DNA of 64,000 nt from an uncultured Bacilli bacterium (GCA_947586655.1 CANPXR010000001.1:1638-65637); one strand, 5' to 3'. Positions 20,578-32,978 are shown, counted from the stretch's first letter. Notes: generated by a model from the letters alone, not told the origin. Program-made: numbers and translations.

Positions 20578-23500
20578 ATCTACTAATTGCTCTTCTAATA
20601 CGTCTAACGCGTCATTATCAACTTGCTCACTTTCTAATGCGTATTTAACATTAGAATAGAACTTAGAACCGGTACCTGCTGGTATTAGCTTACCGATAAT
20701 AACATTTTCTTTTAAGCCTGTTAAATGGTCAATCTTACCCTTAATAGCAGCATCAGTTAAAATTCTTGTAGTCTCTTGGAATGAAGCTGCTGATAAGAAT
20801 GAATCAGTTTCTAATGAAGCCTTAGTAATTCCAAGCATTATAGGTCTACCTGTTGCAGGTTTTTTTCCTTCTATTATTGCTTGTTTATTAACCCTAGTAA
20901 ATTCGTGCATTGAAACTAATTTACCAGATACTAAATCAGTATCCCCACCATCTATTATTTTAATACGTGCAATCATACGACGAGCAAGTATTTCAATATG
21001 TTTATCAGAAACGTCAACACCTTGAGATTTATATACCTTTTGAACTTCTGATAAAATATAATTTTGAGCGGTAATTGGATCAGTAACAGCAAGCAACTCC
21101 TTAGGATTTATAGAACCTACGTTAAGCTTATCCCCAGCTTTAACTTCTTGGCCAACTTCAACGCAAAGCTTAACACCATAATTTGTTGTATGCTCTCTTG
21201 ATTCAACGTCGTTGGTAATTTCAATTTTATATTTACCATTAAGGTCATCTATCTTGGTTACTTTACCATTTATTTCCGCAATGGTTGATTTTGCTTTTGG
21301 TATTCTAGCTTCAAATAGCTCTTGTACACGAGGTAAACCTTGAGTTATATCTTCACCAGATGCAACACCACCAGTGTGGAACGTTCTCATGGTAAGCTGA
21401 GTACCAGGTTCACCAATTGATTGGGCGGCCATAATACCAACAGCTTCACCAATTTCAACAACGTTACCAGTAGCTAAGTTAGTACCATAACAGTGTCTAC
21501 ATACACCGGTATCGGTCTTACATGTCAAAGCCGTTCTTATTTCTACTTCTTTAATACCAGCTTTATCAATCTTATCAGCTATTGGTTCAGTAATTAATTC
21601 ATTCTTTTCAATAATTACTTCCTTAGTCTTTGGATTAACAACCTTTTTATTTGTATAACGACCAACAATACGTTCATGTAAGCTTTCGATTACGGTTCCA
21701 GCATTCTCATCAATGAAGGCAGAAACTACCACACCTTGAATGGTTCCACAATCTTCTTCTTTTACAATAACATCTTGTACAACGTCAACTAAACGCCTTG
21801 TTAAATAACCAGAGTCCGCTGTTTTTAAAGCCGTATCAGCATTACCCTTACGAGCACCATGAGTTGAAATAAAGAACTCAGATACTGATAAACCATCTAT
21901 AAATGATGATGTTACTGGAATTTCAACTGCTTCACCATTTGGTTTAGCAAGTAATCCACGCATACCTGCAAGCTGGGTAAATTGTGATAGGTTACCACGG
22001 GCCTTAGAGTTTATCATCATCATGATTGGGTTATCTGATGGTGCTTCTACCTTAGCCTTTAATTCTTCCTGAACCTGGTTGGTTGCGTCATTCCATACGG
22101 CACATACTTTTTCATAACGTTCTCTATCAGTTATTAGACCACGTCTATATTGTTTATTAATTGTATCAACTAGTTTTTGAGATTTTTCAACTATCTCTTT
22201 TTTATGTTCACTGGTTTCAACGTCAGCGATAGATATTGAAATGCCCGATAAAGTTGAATACTTAAAGCCTAAATCCTTTAGACGGTCTAGCATTACTGAA
22301 GTTTCAGTAGTTTTATAACGTTTAAATATTTGAGCTATTATACTCTTTAAAGCACCCTGTGGGAAAGGTTTTACCAAAGGCATACTTTTTATTGCCTCAG
22401 GAATGTTAGTACCCGGTTTTAAAAAGTATTTCATTGGTGTTAAGTTTTCAAAGTTATCATCAGTAGGTTCATTTATATATTGGAATCCATCTGGTAGTAT
22501 TTCATTAAATTTTAACTTACCTACGGTTGTTACTAAATACATTTGTTTTTGTTCTTCAGTAAACATCTTATATTTTAGTGACTTAGCAGGTAACGCAATT
22601 CTTGCGTGTAAGGTAAGTTCTCTTCTTTCGTACGCTTCAATTGCTTCGTTTGCGTTTTTAAATACCCGTCCTTCTCCTTCAATACCAGCTTTTTCCATGG
22701 TTATGTAGTAGTTACCTAATACCATGTCCTGAGATGGAGTAACAATAGGTTTACCATCTTTTGGAGAAAGAATGTTATTTGCACCAAGCATTAATATTCT
22801 AGCTTCTGCTTGAGCAGCCTCAGATAGTGGTACGTGAACAGCCATTTGGTCACCATCAAAGTCAGCGTTAAATGCCGCGCAAACAAGAGGATGTAGTCTA
22901 ATTGCCTTACCACTAACTAACTTAGGTTCAAACGCTTGAATACCTAATCTATGGAGCGTTGGAGCACGGTTTAGCATTACTGGATGTTCTTTAATAACGT
23001 CCTCAACAACGTCCCATACTCTTTCATCTTGGTTTTCGATTAGTTTTTTAGCAGACTTAATGTTATGAACTATATCCCTTTGTACTAACCCATGAATAAC
23101 ATGTGGTTTAAATAACTCAAGGGCCATTTCTTTTGGTATACCACACTGATACATCTTAAGAGTTGGTCCAACGGCAATAACGCTACGTCCTGAATAATCA
23201 ACACGTTTACCAAGTAAGTTCTGACGGAAACGTCCTTGTTTTCCTTTTAACATGCTAGAAATTGATTTTAATGGTCTATTAGATGGACCAGTTACGTTTC
23301 TACCACGTCTTCCGTTATCAAATAAAGCGTCAACTGCTTCTTGTAACATACGTTTTTCATTTTGAACTATGATTGATGGGGCGTTTAATTCAAGTAACTT
23401 TTTCAAACGATTATTACGGTTTATAACACGTCTATATAAATCATTTAAGTCACTAGTTGCAAAACGTCCACCATCTAGTTGAATCATTGGTCTTAATTCT

Positions 23501-24207
23501 GGTGGTATAACAGGTAGTGCTGTTAGTATCATCCATTCAGGTTTATTACCTGATTTATCGAAGGAATCAAGTATATCAAGTCTTTTAAGTAGCCTTGTTC
23601 TTTTTTGCTCTTGAGCACCTTCTAATTCTTCTTCAATCTTACGTATTTCTTCTTTTACGTCTATTTCCTTAAGAAGCTTTAGGATTGCTTCTGCACCCAT
23701 TCCTACCTCAAAAGAATTTCCGTATTTTTCATAATAGTTACGATATTCTTTATCAGATAAGGTTTGCTTTTTCTCAAGAGGTGCAGAACCTGGGTTAATT
23801 ACCACGTATGATACGAAGTATAAAACTTCTTCTAAGTCCCTAGGGGACATATCAAGAACTAGTCCCATACGTGATGGAACACCCTTAAAAAACCAAATGT
23901 GAGACACCGGAGTAGCAAGCTCTATATGACCCATACGTTCACGACGAACCTTAGCCTTCGTAACTTCTACTCCACACCTATCACATATAATATCCTTATA
24001 TCTTAATCTTTTATACTTTCCGCAAGCACATTCGTAATCTTTAGTTGGACCGAAGATTTTTTCACAAAACAATCCATCTCTTTCTGGTTTTAAAGTACGA
24101 TAGTTAATCGTTTCTGGTTTTTTTACTTCTCCGTAAGACCATTCACGAATTTGTTCGGGTGAAGCGATAGATATTTTAATTCCTTCAAATCTGTTTGCAT
24201 CTAACAT
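20575..24207 (-). CDS. rpoC: DNA-directed RNA polymerase subunit beta'
   Basis: 1210 aa; NADFDGD catalytic motif and zinc-finger cysteines. TAATG overlap with rpoB. Confidence 0.97.
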   Translation of the reverse strand: MLDANRFEGIKISIASPEQIREWSYGEVKKPETINYRTLKPERDGLFCEKIFGPTKDYECACGKYKRLRYKDIICDRCGVEVTKAKVRRERMGHIELATPVSHIWFFKGVPSRMGLVLDMSPRDLEEVLYFVSYVVINPGSAPLEKKQTLSDKEYRNYYEKYGNSFEVGMGAEAILKLLKEIDVKEEIRKIEEELEGAQEQKRTRLLKRLDILDSFDKSGNKPEWMILTALPVIPPELRPMIQLDGGRFATSDLNDLYRRVINRNNRLKKLLELNAPSIIVQNEKRMLQEAVDALFDNGRRGRNVTGPSNRPLKSISSMLKGKQGRFRQNLLGKRVDYSGRSVIAVGPTLKMYQCGIPKEMALELFKPHVIHGLVQRDIVHNIKSAKKLIENQDERVWDVVEDVIKEHPVMLNRAPTLHRLGIQAFEPKLVSGKAIRLHPLVCAAFNADFDGDQMAVHVPLSEAAQAEARILMLGANNILSPKDGKPIVTPSQDMVLGNYYITMEKAGIEGEGRVFKNANEAIEAYERRELTLHARIALPAKSLKYKMFTEEQKQMYLVTTVGKLKFNEILPDGFQYINEPTDDNFENLTPMKYFLKPGTNIPEAIKSMPLVKPFPQGALKSIIAQIFKRYKTTETSVMLDRLKDLGFKYSTLSGISISIADVETSEHKKEIVEKSQKLVDTINKQYRRGLITDRERYEKVCAVWNDATNQVQEELKAKVEAPSDNPIMMMINSKARGNLSQFTQLAGMRGLLAKPNGEAVEIPVTSSFIDGLSVSEFFISTHGARKGNADTALKTADSGYLTRRLVDVVQDVIVKEEDCGTIQGVVVSAFIDENAGTVIESLHERIVGRYTNKKVVNPKTKEVIIEKNELITEPIADKIDKAGIKEVEIRTALTCKTDTGVCRHCYGTNLATGNVVEIGEAVGIMAAQSIGEPGTQLTMRTFHTGGVASGEDITQGLPRVQELFEARIPKAKSTIAEINGKVTKIDDLNGKYKIEITNDVESREHTTNYGVKLCVEVGQEVKAGDKLNVGSINPKELLAVTDPITAQNYILSEVQKVYKSQGVDVSDKHIEILARRMIARIKIIDGGDTDLVSGKLVSMHEFTRVNKQAIIEGKKPATGRPIMLGITKASLETDSFLSAASFQETTRILTDAAIKGKIDHLTGLKENVIIGKLIPAGTGSKFYSNVKYALESEQVDNDALDVLEEQLVD

Positions 24208-27200
24208 TAATCTTCATCCCCTTCCATTAAAGCATCATCCATGTCGTCTAATTCATCCTCGATTTCTGCTTCATAATCGTCTTGCTCTTCTTCGCTTACT
24301 TCTTCTTCAGATTCTGTTACAGCTTCCTGCTCAGATACAACGTCAACGGTTTGTTTTGGGTTAACCATCGAAACATTATCGATTTCCTCAATTGATAATG
24401 GTGAAACCTCTTTTTCTTCTTCCTGCTCTAACGTTTTAACGTCTACTTCTTTACCATCTTCCGTAATCATAGCAATGTTTAATCCTAATGCTTGGAATTC
24501 TTTTACAAGAACACGGAAGCTTTCTGGAACTCCTGCTTGATTTATTGGTTTACCCTTAACAATTGATTCATAAACCTTAACACGGCCTACTACGTCATCT
24601 GACTTAACGGTTAAGATTTCTTGAAGAACATTAGCAGCACCATATGCATAAAGTGCCCAAACTTCCATTTCTCCAAATCTTTGTCCACCAAACTGAGCCT
24701 TACCACCAAGTGGTTGTTGAGTAACTAGTGAGTAAGGGCCTGTTGCACGAGCATGAAGTTTATCATCAACCATATGGTCTAGTTTAATCATGTACATTAC
24801 CCCAACCGCTACACGGTTATCAAACGGCTCACCTGTTTTACCATTATATAAAATGGTTTTTCCGTCTGGATCCATACCAGCTTCAGCCATCATTTCTTGG
24901 ATATCTTTCCAAGTTGCACCATCAAATACTGGGGTTGACGTATAAACTCCTAACTTTTTAGCAGCCATACCTAAATGCATCTCTAGTATTTGTCCAGGAT
25001 TCATACGAGACGGAACACCTAACGGATTAAGTAAAATATCTACTGGTGTACCATCTGGTAAATATGGCATGTCTTCTTGTGGAGCAACAAGCGAAATAAC
25101 TCCCTTATTACCGTGACGACCAGCCATCTTATCACCGACTTGAATCTTACGTTTTTGTACGATGTAAACACGGATTTCCTTAGAAACTCCACTTGGAAGT
25201 TCGTCAGAATCCTTCTTAGTATAAATTTTTATATCATGCACGATTCCGGCACCACCGTGTGGAACACGTAAAGACGTATCCCTTACCTCACGCGTTTTTT
25301 CACCGAATATTGCGTGTAATAATTTTTCTTCTGAGGTAAGTTCTACCATTCCCTTAGGAGTTACCTTACCAACTAAAATGTCGCCTTCTCTAACTTCGGT
25401 ACCGATTCTTATTATACCGTTAGAATCCAAATTCTTACGTGCTTCTTCACTTACGTTAGGAATATCACGGGTAATTTCCTCTGGTCCTAACTTAGTATCA
25501 CGACATTGAATTTCATAATCTTCTATGTAAATTGAGGTTAAAACATCATCTTTAACCATTCTTTCGTTAAGTATTACAGCATCCTCGTAGTTATATCCGT
25601 TATAAGTCATGAAAGCAACTACTAAGTTCTTACCTAATGCTACTTCTCCCTTATCAGTAGAAGGACCATCCGCAATTATTTGACCACGTTTAACCTTATC
25701 TCCTATTCTTACGATAGGTCTTTGATGGTAGCAAGTACCAGCGTTTGAACCCTCAAAGTTCTTAAGGATGTATATATCTTTTGCCTTAGTAGTTTTTACT
25801 ACTATTTTCTTACCATCAACATATTCTACCACACCATCTGATTTTGAAATTACGGCAACACCGCTATCCTTAGCAGCTTGAGCTTCTACACCTGTTGCAA
25901 CAAGCGGAGCTTCTGCCTTTAATAGTGGTAATGCTTGACGTTGCATGTTTGATCCCATTAACGCACGGTGAGCGTCATCATGGTCAAGGAATGGAATGCA
26001 ACTCGTAGTTACCGAAACAATTTGTTGTGGTGCTACGTCAATGTAATCAATTTGACTTGGACTTGCTAAAATATTTTCACCATTTTGACGAGCTGGAACG
26101 TGTTCTTGGATAATCGTATCTCCGTCCATCTCAACTTTAGCCTGCGCAATAATATGTCCGTTTTCTTCATCGGCCGTTAAATAATCAATCTTATCTTGTA
26201 ATTTACCGTTTTTTACCCTTCTATAAGGAGTCATGATAAATCCATAATCATTTATTTTTGCATAGTTAGCAAGTGAAGTAATAAGACCTATGTTAGCTCC
26301 TTCTGGTGATTCAATCGGACAAATTCTACCATAGTGAGATACGTTAACATCACGTACTTCCATAGCAGCCCTATCACGAGACAAACCACCTGGACCTAAA
26401 GCGGATAAACGACGCTTATTATTTAACTCTGATAAAGGATTAATTTGATCCATAAATTGTGATAATGGACTTGAACCAAAAAATTCCTTTATAACAGCGG
26501 TTATTGGCCTTATGTTAATTAGCGTTTTTGGAGTTGCTGTTTCTATGTCTAACGTAGTCATTCTTTCACGAATAACCCTTTCCATACGAGCAACACCAAT
26601 TCTAAACTGATTCTGTAATAATTCTCCAACCTGTCTTAAACGTCTGTTAGACAAATGGTCTATTTCGTCAATTGAACCAACGTTATGTAAAAGGTTTAGA
26701 TAATATGAAACAGACGCATATATATCTGAGGTAGTAAGAGTCTTAACGTCGATTGTTTGGTCATTACCAACAACCTTTATGATCTTATCTGATTCTAAAG
26801 GAGAATAAATACTAACTACTTGAACCATAGTATGGTCATCAAGTTCCTTATTTGAGGTAGCATCAATCATACCATAACCATTTGATAGGATTGGTTTTAA
26901 CGTTTCCATTACCTCATTAGTAATTTTAGTTCCTTTTTTAATTACAACCTTACCGTCTACTACTATATCCTCCGCTAAAGTTTGGTTTAACAAACGGTCA
27001 CAAACGTTAAGTTTTTTATTAAACTTATAACGTCCAACCTTTGCTAAATCATACCTGAAATTATCAAAAAACCTAGTGATTAATTGGTTTTTAGCACTAT
27101 CAAGTGTAGCTGGTTCTCCTGGTTTTAACTTTTCGTATATTTCAAGTAAAGCCTCATCAGAATTCTTAGTAGAATCCTTACTTAAGGTATTTACTAAGTA

Positions 27201-27845
27201 TTCATCCTCACCAAATAGCTTTAAAATTTCATCATCAGATGAAAGTCCAAAAGCCCTTAAGAAAGCTGTAATGACTACCTTTCTGTTACGATCTATTCTA
27301 ACGTCTACGACATCTTTACTATTAAGCTTATACTCAAGCCATGTTCCCCTAGTAGGTATTATTTGAGAAGATATTATAGAGCGCCCATTTTTATCTATTT
27401 CTCTTCCATAATATACGCTTGGAGAACGTACTAATTGAGATACGATAACACGTTCTGAACCATTAAATATAAATGAACCAGAATCTGTCATAAGTGGCAT
27501 ATCACCTAAAAATATTTCTTGTTCCTTAACCTCTCCTGTTTCATTATTAAACAAACGAGTTTGAACTTTTAATGGAGCTGCGTAAGTAGTTTTTTTCTCC
27601 TTGCATTCTTTAATTGTGTGTCTTGGTTCATCAAATGAGTATTCACCAAATTCCAAAGATAAAGTTCCAGAGAAATTTTCTACTGGGCTTATTTCCTCTA
27701 ATACTTCTTTTATTCCATCTTTAATAAACCAATTATAAGACTTAGTCTGAATTTCTAATAGATCACTTAATTCTAATGAGTTATTAACTCTTGAAAAGTC
27801 TCTTCTTTCACGGTATTCGTTTACTTTTTTAACCTTATAAGCCAC
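24207..27845 (-). CDS. rpoB: DNA-directed RNA polymerase subunit beta
   Basis: 1212 aa; conserved beta-subunit blocks and an acidic C-terminal extension. Confidence 0.97.
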   Translation of the reverse strand: MAYKVKKVNEYRERRDFSRVNNSLELSDLLEIQTKSYNWFIKDGIKEVLEEISPVENFSGTLSLEFGEYSFDEPRHTIKECKEKKTTYAAPLKVQTRLFNNETGEVKEQEIFLGDMPLMTDSGSFIFNGSERVIVSQLVRSPSVYYGREIDKNGRSIISSQIIPTRGTWLEYKLNSKDVVDVRIDRNRKVVITAFLRAFGLSSDDEILKLFGEDEYLVNTLSKDSTKNSDEALLEIYEKLKPGEPATLDSAKNQLITRFFDNFRYDLAKVGRYKFNKKLNVCDRLLNQTLAEDIVVDGKVVIKKGTKITNEVMETLKPILSNGYGMIDATSNKELDDHTMVQVVSIYSPLESDKIIKVVGNDQTIDVKTLTTSDIYASVSYYLNLLHNVGSIDEIDHLSNRRLRQVGELLQNQFRIGVARMERVIRERMTTLDIETATPKTLINIRPITAVIKEFFGSSPLSQFMDQINPLSELNNKRRLSALGPGGLSRDRAAMEVRDVNVSHYGRICPIESPEGANIGLITSLANYAKINDYGFIMTPYRRVKNGKLQDKIDYLTADEENGHIIAQAKVEMDGDTIIQEHVPARQNGENILASPSQIDYIDVAPQQIVSVTTSCIPFLDHDDAHRALMGSNMQRQALPLLKAEAPLVATGVEAQAAKDSGVAVISKSDGVVEYVDGKKIVVKTTKAKDIYILKNFEGSNAGTCYHQRPIVRIGDKVKRGQIIADGPSTDKGEVALGKNLVVAFMTYNGYNYEDAVILNERMVKDDVLTSIYIEDYEIQCRDTKLGPEEITRDIPNVSEEARKNLDSNGIIRIGTEVREGDILVGKVTPKGMVELTSEEKLLHAIFGEKTREVRDTSLRVPHGGAGIVHDIKIYTKKDSDELPSGVSKEIRVYIVQKRKIQVGDKMAGRHGNKGVISLVAPQEDMPYLPDGTPVDILLNPLGVPSRMNPGQILEMHLGMAAKKLGVYTSTPVFDGATWKDIQEMMAEAGMDPDGKTILYNGKTGEPFDNRVAVGVMYMIKLDHMVDDKLHARATGPYSLVTQQPLGGKAQFGGQRFGEMEVWALYAYGAANVLQEILTVKSDDVVGRVKVYESIVKGKPINQAGVPESFRVLVKEFQALGLNIAMITEDGKEVDVKTLEQEEEKEVSPLSIEEIDNVSMVNPKQTVDVVSEQEAVTESEEEVSEEEQDDYEAEIEDELDDMDDALMEGDED

Positions 27846-27915
27846 GCTTTTCCACCCCTAAACTATAAATTTTTAAAGAACATGTCTAAATTTAAAGACA
27901 CAGTACCAATTTAAA

Positions 27916-27944
27916 ATATTACAAGAAAAAGCTAGGCTTGTCAA
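27916..27944 (-). promoter_or_regulatory. Putative rpoB-rpoC promoter (TTGACA-17-TAATAT)
   Basis: Minus strand reads ...ctaTTGACAagcctagctttttcttgTAATATttt... Confidence 0.45.
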
Positions 27945-27962
27945 TAGATTTTATTAATTATT

Positions 27963-27992
27963 ACAAAAAAATACAGATAAATTACACCTGTA
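27963..27992 (-). terminator. Putative terminator after ybxB
   Basis: Hairpin ACAGGTGTAATTTATCTGT followed by ATTTTTTT on the minus strand. Confidence 0.35.
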
Positions 27993-28040
27993 TTACTCAT
28001 TTTATGTATAATAACTTATAACATAATGATTATACGTATT

Positions 28041-28628
28041 TTAGTTTTCCGCCCTTATTATACAAAATCCCTTTTTCTTTGTAATAACATCAACGTTACC
28101 ATATACTTTTTTCATATCACTTATTAGCGAATCTGCTCCTTGCTTTTTTCTTACGACGAGCCATAACTGCCCACCGCTTTTTAAATGATTTTTAGCTTCC
28201 ATTATGATTTCGTAAAGTTTTTGTTTACCAACTCTTATTGGAGGATTAGATAAGATATAATCATATTTATTATTTATGTTTTTATATGCATCTGATTCAA
28301 AAACATTTGCTTTTAATCCCTGTTCATTTAAAGACCTTTTTGATAAGTTAATTGCCCTTTCGTTTACGTCTGACATATCCACAGTAAAACCTTTTTTTGA
28401 TGCATATATTCCAATCGGTCCACATCCACAGCCTATATCTAATAATTTTTTTTCTTGTGGAAAAGTATACTCAAATGTTGTTAATAATAACTCCGTACCA
28501 AAATCCAACTCATCTTTTGAAAAAACTCCATTATCAGTATAAAAATAGTAGCTTGTCCCATTAATAATTGTATTTATTTTCCTAATATTAGATTTTAAGT
28601 TATCGTCATTTGTAAAATAATGTGTCAT
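28041..28628 (-). CDS. ybxB: Class I SAM-dependent methyltransferase (YbxB/RsmC-like)
   Basis: DIGCGCGPIG SAM motif and NPPI motif. Sits between rplL and rpoB exactly as B. subtilis ybxB does. Confidence 0.75.
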   Translation of the reverse strand: MTHYFTNDDNLKSNIRKINTIINGTSYYFYTDNGVFSKDELDFGTELLLTTFEYTFPQEKKLLDIGCGCGPIGIYASKKGFTVDMSDVNERAINLSKRSLNEQGLKANVFESDAYKNINNKYDYILSNPPIRVGKQKLYEIIMEAKNHLKSGGQLWLVVRKKQGADSLISDMKKVYGNVDVITKKKGFCIIRAEN

Positions 28629-28629
28629 T

Positions 28630-28965
28630 TTAATCTTCCTTATATCCTAAAGTTTTCATTCTTAATAGTTCTTTTAAAAATTCTGATAATCCTTTTATGT
28701 CTTCTTTTCTTAATAATTCATAATTTATAAGTAATCTTCCCGTACAACCATTACCATCTTCAAAAGGATGAATCTTTTCAAATTCAATATGGTATTTACA
28801 ACCTTTTCAAATAAGTTATCAATTACTTCGTTATTATAATTATAAACAAAGTATAACATCATATTAGGTACGTCAAAGGATTTTGGAGGAATATTATCAC
28901 TACCTTTTATAATAACATTTACATTTCTATATTCTTCTGTTTCTTTTATATCTTGATTTATTATT
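28630..28965 (-). pseudogene. Decayed Fic/Doc-family gene: no start codon, at least one frameshift, catalytic Arg replaced by Cys
   Basis: Minus-strand translation gives …IPPKSFDVPNMMLYFVYNYNNEVIDNLFEK, then a frameshift, then GCKYHIEFEKIHPFEDGNGCTGRLLINYELL…KED*. HPFEDGNG matches the Fic HPFx[DE]GNGR signature, except that R is C here. The stop is 1 nt before the ybxB ATG. Confidence 0.5.
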
Positions 28966-29067
28966 TAAAATAAAATTAATCATAAAGCAGTCCTCCGACA
29001 AAAACATTATAGCATAAATAAAAGGAATACGAAATAATCCGTATTCCATAAGTACTTATTTACTAAA

Positions 29068-29436
29068 TTATGCAAGTTCAACGGTTGCTCCAGCTTCTTC
29101 TAACTTAGCCTTAATGTCATTTGCTTCATCCATCGGTGCGTTTTCTTTGATGTTACCACCTTCATCAGCTAATTTCTTAGCTTCCATTAATCCTAAACCA
29201 GTAATATCTCTAATTACCTTAATTACTTGGATTTTAGTTGCTCCTGCATCCTTTAATACTACTGTTGCAGAAGTTTTTTCTTCTTCAGCTGCTCCTTGAA
29301 CTGGTGCTGCTGCTACTGCTACGGCACTTGGATCAACTCCAAATTCCTCTTTCATTTTGTCTACTAATTCTTTTACCTCAAGAATTTTCATTTCTTTAAT
29401 TGCATCAATTATTTCTTGTGTACTTATTTTTGCCAT
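29068..29436 (-). CDS. rplL: 50S ribosomal protein L7/L12
   Basis: 122 aa; Ala/Glu-rich hinge and a conserved C-terminal domain. Confidence 0.95.
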   Translation of the reverse strand: MAKISTQEIIDAIKEMKILEVKELVDKMKEEFGVDPSAVAVAAAPVQGAAEEEKTSATVVLKDAGATKIQVIKVIRDITGLGLMEAKKLADEGGNIKENAPMDEANDIKAKLEEAGATVELA

Positions 29437-29454
29437 TTTATATCCTCCTTATTT

Positions 29455-30003
29455 TTATTGTTCTTTTTCTAAATTTTGACTATGTAAGTCAAGACAAATT
29501 GCAACGTTCTTAACATGTTCCATTAAGCCTGCCGCAAACATTGTAAGTAATCCATCTCTTGATGGTATTGTTGATAGTGCCTTTAACTCCTCAAGCGTTG
29601 TTACTTTACCATCTACGTATCCACCTTTTAATTCTAAGGCTGGATGATCCTTAGCGAAATCTGCTAAAACCTTAATAGGTGCCACAGCATCACTTGAAGT
29701 TGCTAACGCAGATGGACCTTCTAAGCAATCATCTAATTTTATAGATAATTTATCAAACGCTCTTTTTGTTAAAGTATTTTTATATACTTTATAAGAAGAT
29801 TCCGAATCACGAAGCTTACGACGAAGATCAACTATCTCAGCATCAGTTAAACCACGATAATCGAATAAGATAACACTATTTGCGTTTTTAACACGCTCAG
29901 TTATTTCATTAACTATTTCTTCTTTTTTAGTTATGATTGCCTGATTTGCCATTTTCCTTCCTCCTTCTTTAGTAATAAGTAACTTAATTAAAAGGTCTCT
30001 CAC
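29455..30003 (-). CDS. rplJ: 50S ribosomal protein L10. The likely start is the internal Met (MANQAIITKK…) at ~29952.
   Basis: Conserved L10 sequence; rplJ-rplL pair. Confidence 0.9.
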   Translation of the reverse strand: MRDLLIKLLITKEGGRKMANQAIITKKEEIVNEITERVKNANSVILFDYRGLTDAEIVDLRRKLRDSESSYKVYKNTLTKRAFDKLSIKLDDCLEGPSALATSSDAVAPIKVLADFAKDHPALELKGGYVDGKVTTLEELKALSTIPSRDGLLTMFAAGLMEHVKNVAICLDLHSQNLEKEQ

Positions 30004-30155
30004 ATCAAAGACATGAAAGACCTTAAAATCCTAATTATGATTTTTTTGCCCTCGGTAGGAATAATAGTTACGCGCTAAGTACGCTCCTACTGTCTTTGGT
30101 ACTATATAATTATGCCTTTATGACAATAACTATTCATATTCTAAAACATTTATTA
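30004..30155 (-). promoter_or_regulatory. Putative rplJ (L10) leader, a structured 5' UTR
   Basis: ~150-nt relatively GC-richer untranslated region between rplA and rplJ, the position of the Firmicute L10 autoregulatory leader. This is inference from position and length only. Confidence 0.3.
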
Positions 30156-30854
30156 TTATTTGTCAAATGAGCTTAAATCTACCTTAATTCCAGGACCCAT
30201 CGTTGATGCTAAAGATACGTTCTTTAAATAAACACCCTTTGCACTTTGTGGTTTAGATTTAATTATTACGTCCATGAACGCATTTACGTTATCTTTTAAT
30301 TGCTCATCAGTGAAAGAAACTTTTCCAACGATTGCATGAACGTTAGCGAATGAATCAGTTCTGTACTCAACGCGTCCTTTTTTAACGTCTTCAACGGCCT
30401 TTTTAGTATCCATTGTAACGGTACCAGTTTTTGGGTTAGGCATTAAACCTTTAGGTCCTAAAACCTTACCTAACTTCCCTAAAAGTGGCATCATTTCTGG
30501 CGTTGCTATAATTACGTCAAAATCAAACCAGTTTTCTTTTTCTATTTTACTAATCATATCAACGTCACCAACGTAATCAGCTCCTGCGCTCATTGCAGCC
30601 TTGGCAGCATCACCCTTAGCTAAAACTAATACCCTCTTAGTTTTACCTGTCCCGTGAGGTAACACCGTTGCGCCCCTTAATTGTTGGTCGTTTTTCTTGG
30701 TATCTAAGTTCAATCTAACAGCAATTTCAATGGTTGCATCAAACTTAGAAACAGAAGTTTCTTTTACTAATTTTACGGCGTCCTCAAGTAGATAGGCTTT
30801 ACCTTTTTCTATTTTACTTAACGCCTGAGTATACTTCTTACTTTTCTTTTTCAT
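30156..30854 (-). CDS. rplA: 50S ribosomal protein L1
   Basis: 232 aa; conserved L1 sequence. Confidence 0.95.
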   Translation of the reverse strand: MKKKSKKYTQALSKIEKGKAYLLEDAVKLVKETSVSKFDATIEIAVRLNLDTKKNDQQLRGATVLPHGTGKTKRVLVLAKGDAAKAAMSAGADYVGDVDMISKIEKENWFDFDVIIATPEMMPLLGKLGKVLGPKGLMPNPKTGTVTMDTKKAVEDVKKGRVEYRTDSFANVHAIVGKVSFTDEQLKDNVNAFMDVIIKSKPQSAKGVYLKNVSLASTMGPGIKVDLSSFDK

Positions 30855-30933
30855 TTTCTTACCTCCTTGTGGTATATAGCGGATTTTCCTCCCACATAGA
30901 TAAATCTACATGATTTATATTTTTATTATTTTA

Positions 30934-31368
30934 TTAATCTTTAATTTCAATACCCATATTTTTAGCGGTACCAGCAACAATTTTCATTGCTTCCTCTACG
31001 GTGTACGCATTTAAATCAGGTAATTTTATTTCAGCAATTTCTTTTAACTCAGCCGTGGTAATTGATCCAACGATTTCACTAGAACCCTTTGCAGAACCTT
31101 TTTTTACCTTGGCAACTTTCTTTAATAAAAATGCTGTTGGTGGTGTTAAGAACCTAAGGTCAAAACTTCTATCATCATAAACAGAGATTTCAACTGGAAC
31201 TATGTCCCCCATCTTATCTTTAGTTGCTTCATTATATTTAACGCAAAATTCACCAGAGTTAACTCCCAATGGTCCAAGGGCAGTACCTACTGGTGGAGCT
31301 GCTGTAGCCTTACCTGCTGGCAATTGTAATTTTAACTTTCTTACTAATTCTTTTGCCACGAAAAACAC
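30934..31368 (-). CDS. rplK: 50S ribosomal protein L11 (start possibly a few codons inside the ORF)
   Basis: Conserved L11 N-terminal region, including the methylation-site region (…PPVGTALGPLGVN…). Confidence 0.95.
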   Translation of the reverse strand: MFFVAKELVRKLKLQLPAGKATAAPPVGTALGPLGVNSGEFCVKYNEATKDKMGDIVPVEISVYDDRSFDLRFLTPPTAFLLKKVAKVKKGSAKGSSEIVGSITTAELKEIAEIKLPDLNAYTVEEAMKIVAGTAKNMGIEIKD

Positions 31369-31515
31369 CTCCTATAAATTATTTTTTCGCGAGTGGTCAA
31401 ATAGCTTTTTTAAATCCGCGCCTTCCACTAATTTTCTTTCATCATCTATATAAATATATAGCTGCGAGATAATTTTATCACAGCATATATGATAAAAGCA
31501 ATAGTTTTTTTATTT

Positions 31516-32052
31516 TTATTCTTTAGTAAACTTCGTAAGTTCCAATTCCACGTTGGTTTCTTGACCAAATAAATCTATTGAAACGTTTGCTACACCTTTA
31601 TCTATATCGATATCGGTAATTTTACCAGCAAGCATCTTAAATGGTCCATCAGTTATCTTAACCTTATCACCTATTTCATAATTTACAACAACGTTTTCAC
31701 CGGTATAACCAATTTCTTTAAAAATTCTTTCTACCTCGTCATCATATAATGGAACTGGTTTAGCACCCTTACCAGATGATCCTAAAAATCCAGTTACACC
31801 AGGTGTATTACGAACTATGTACCATGACTCATCAGACATAATCATCTCTACTAAAACGTATCCAGGAAATAGTTTTTTTACCTTTTCCTTTTTCTTTCCA
31901 TCTTTTATTTCTACTTCTTTTCTTTCTGGAACAATTACCCTAAATATATTTTCTTGCATTTCCATTGAGTTTATTCTCATGTCCAATTTTTCTTTTACTT
32001 TAGCTTCATGCCCAGAATACGTATTTACTACGTACCATTTTTTTTCTTCCAT
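31516..32052 (-). CDS. nusG: Transcription termination/antitermination factor NusG
   Basis: 178 aa; NGN domain (WYVVNTYSGHE) and KOW motif. Confidence 0.9.
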   Translation of the reverse strand: MEEKKWYVVNTYSGHEAKVKEKLDMRINSMEMQENIFRVIVPERKEVEIKDGKKKEKVKKLFPGYVLVEMIMSDESWYIVRNTPGVTGFLGSSGKGAKPVPLYDDEVERIFKEIGYTGENVVVNYEIGDKVKITDGPFKMLAGKITDIDIDKGVANVSIDLFGQETNVELELTKFTKE

Positions 32053-32053
32053 A

Positions 32054-32278
32054 TTAACCTATTAACTCCCTTACGTATGATACTAATGCAATAATCAAGT
32101 CCGTGCCAACAAAGAATATGCATATAAAAAGCATAAATGCAAGTGTTGCAACAGAATATTTAAATAAGTTTTTCTTAGACGTCCACATTACCTTTGTAGC
32201 TTCTTTTTTCACATCTTTAAAAAAGTCGCCCAAAAATTTAAATAAATTTCTCTTTTTTGTTTTTTTTGACATTTTCAT
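32054..32278 (-). CDS. secE: Preprotein translocase subunit SecE
   Basis: 74 aa, single TM; conserved secE-nusG pairing. Confidence 0.8.
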   Translation of the reverse strand: MKMSKKTKKRNLFKFLGDFFKDVKKEATKVMWTSKKNLFKYSVATLAFMLFICIFFVGTDLIIALVSYVRELIG

Positions 32279-32353
32279 ATCTCCTACTTAATCAAAATAA
32301 AAAACACATATACGTGCTTACTACCTAAATAGTAACACAAACATAAAGAATAG

Positions 32354-32968
32354 TCAATTCATTTCGTTTAAAATATTTTTAAGTTTTATTCTTATTCTAA
32401 ACAAAGCACTTTCAATTGATTTGGTGGTTTTTCCAAGATTTTTTGATATTTCTTCATAATTGAAACCATATAATCTTAATTCATATACTTGTTTTTCAAA
32501 AGTGGTTAATTCCTCACTTATCAATTTATTAAAACTTTGTAAATTCTCTTTACTTACCAAAAGATCCTCAAGCCCACCCGTATTATTATAAACAATATTT
32601 TCAAATCCATTTTTATCATCATCATTATGATAATCTATGGAATAAGATTCATTTAATATACTATGTTTTTTCCTACTAGCCTGCCTTACTGCCGTTATTA
32701 TTTTTCTTTTAATACAAATAAATGCAAAAGTAGAAAATTTTATGTCTTTTTGATCTTTGTAACCTTTTATAGCGGAATCAAGTCCAATTAATCCCTCTTG
32801 AAACAAGTCACTATAATCGATCCCCTTACCTTCTACAAATGGCAAATACTTTTTAGCATAATATTCAATTGCTGATTCATATTTCTTAAATATAGTTTCA
32901 TTTGCTTCTTCGTTATTTTCCGATACCATATATAATAACTCAAAATCATCTTCATATTGCTTTACCAT
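32354..32968 (-). CDS. sigH: Sporulation/transition-state sigma factor (sigma-H-like)
   Basis: 204 aa, sigma-70 regions 2 and 4. Position rlmB-sigH-secE-nusG matches B. subtilis sigH. Confidence 0.7.
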   Translation of the reverse strand: MVKQYEDDFELLYMVSENNEEANETIFKKYESAIEYYAKKYLPFVEGKGIDYSDLFQEGLIGLDSAIKGYKDQKDIKFSTFAFICIKRKIITAVRQASRKKHSILNESYSIDYHNDDDKNGFENIVYNNTGGLEDLLVSKENLQSFNKLISEELTTFEKQVYELRLYGFNYEEISKNLGKTTKSIESALFRIRIKLKNILNEMN

Positions 32969-32978
32969 TTTAACCCTC

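Noticed and set aside
22403-22708. Numerous 60–136-aa ORFs antisense to or embedded in large genes (for example 3984–4259, 4275–4457, 7224–7571, 9618–9863, 10097–10408, 10609–10926, 13404–13592, 20070–20333, 22403–22708, 25077–25271, 27076–27366, 28276–28542, 29114–29299, 31202–31453, 31817–32065, 33532–33738, 35877–36077, 37160–37357, 38331–38516, 39890–40105, 41698–41886, 42431–42676, 44014–44244, 46594–46782, 48358–48615, 49007–49210, 49937–50269, 50625–50963, 51918–52202, 55154–55564, 56735–57040, 57110–57331, 57446–57694, 58876–59238, 60588–60821, 61011–61229, 61932–62114, 62197–62394, 62580–62873)
   Set aside because: All overlap well-supported conserved genes on the opposite strand or in another frame, have skewed low-complexity composition and lack RBS. 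They are typical antisense shadow ORFs of AT-rich DNA.
31369-31515. GC-rich stem (GGCGCGG…CTCGCG) in the rplK leader as an L1/L11 autoregulatory leader
   Set aside because: Only 4–5 bp pair cleanly, and I cannot verify a 23S-mimic L1 binding site by eye. Left unannotated; an Rfam scan would settle it.
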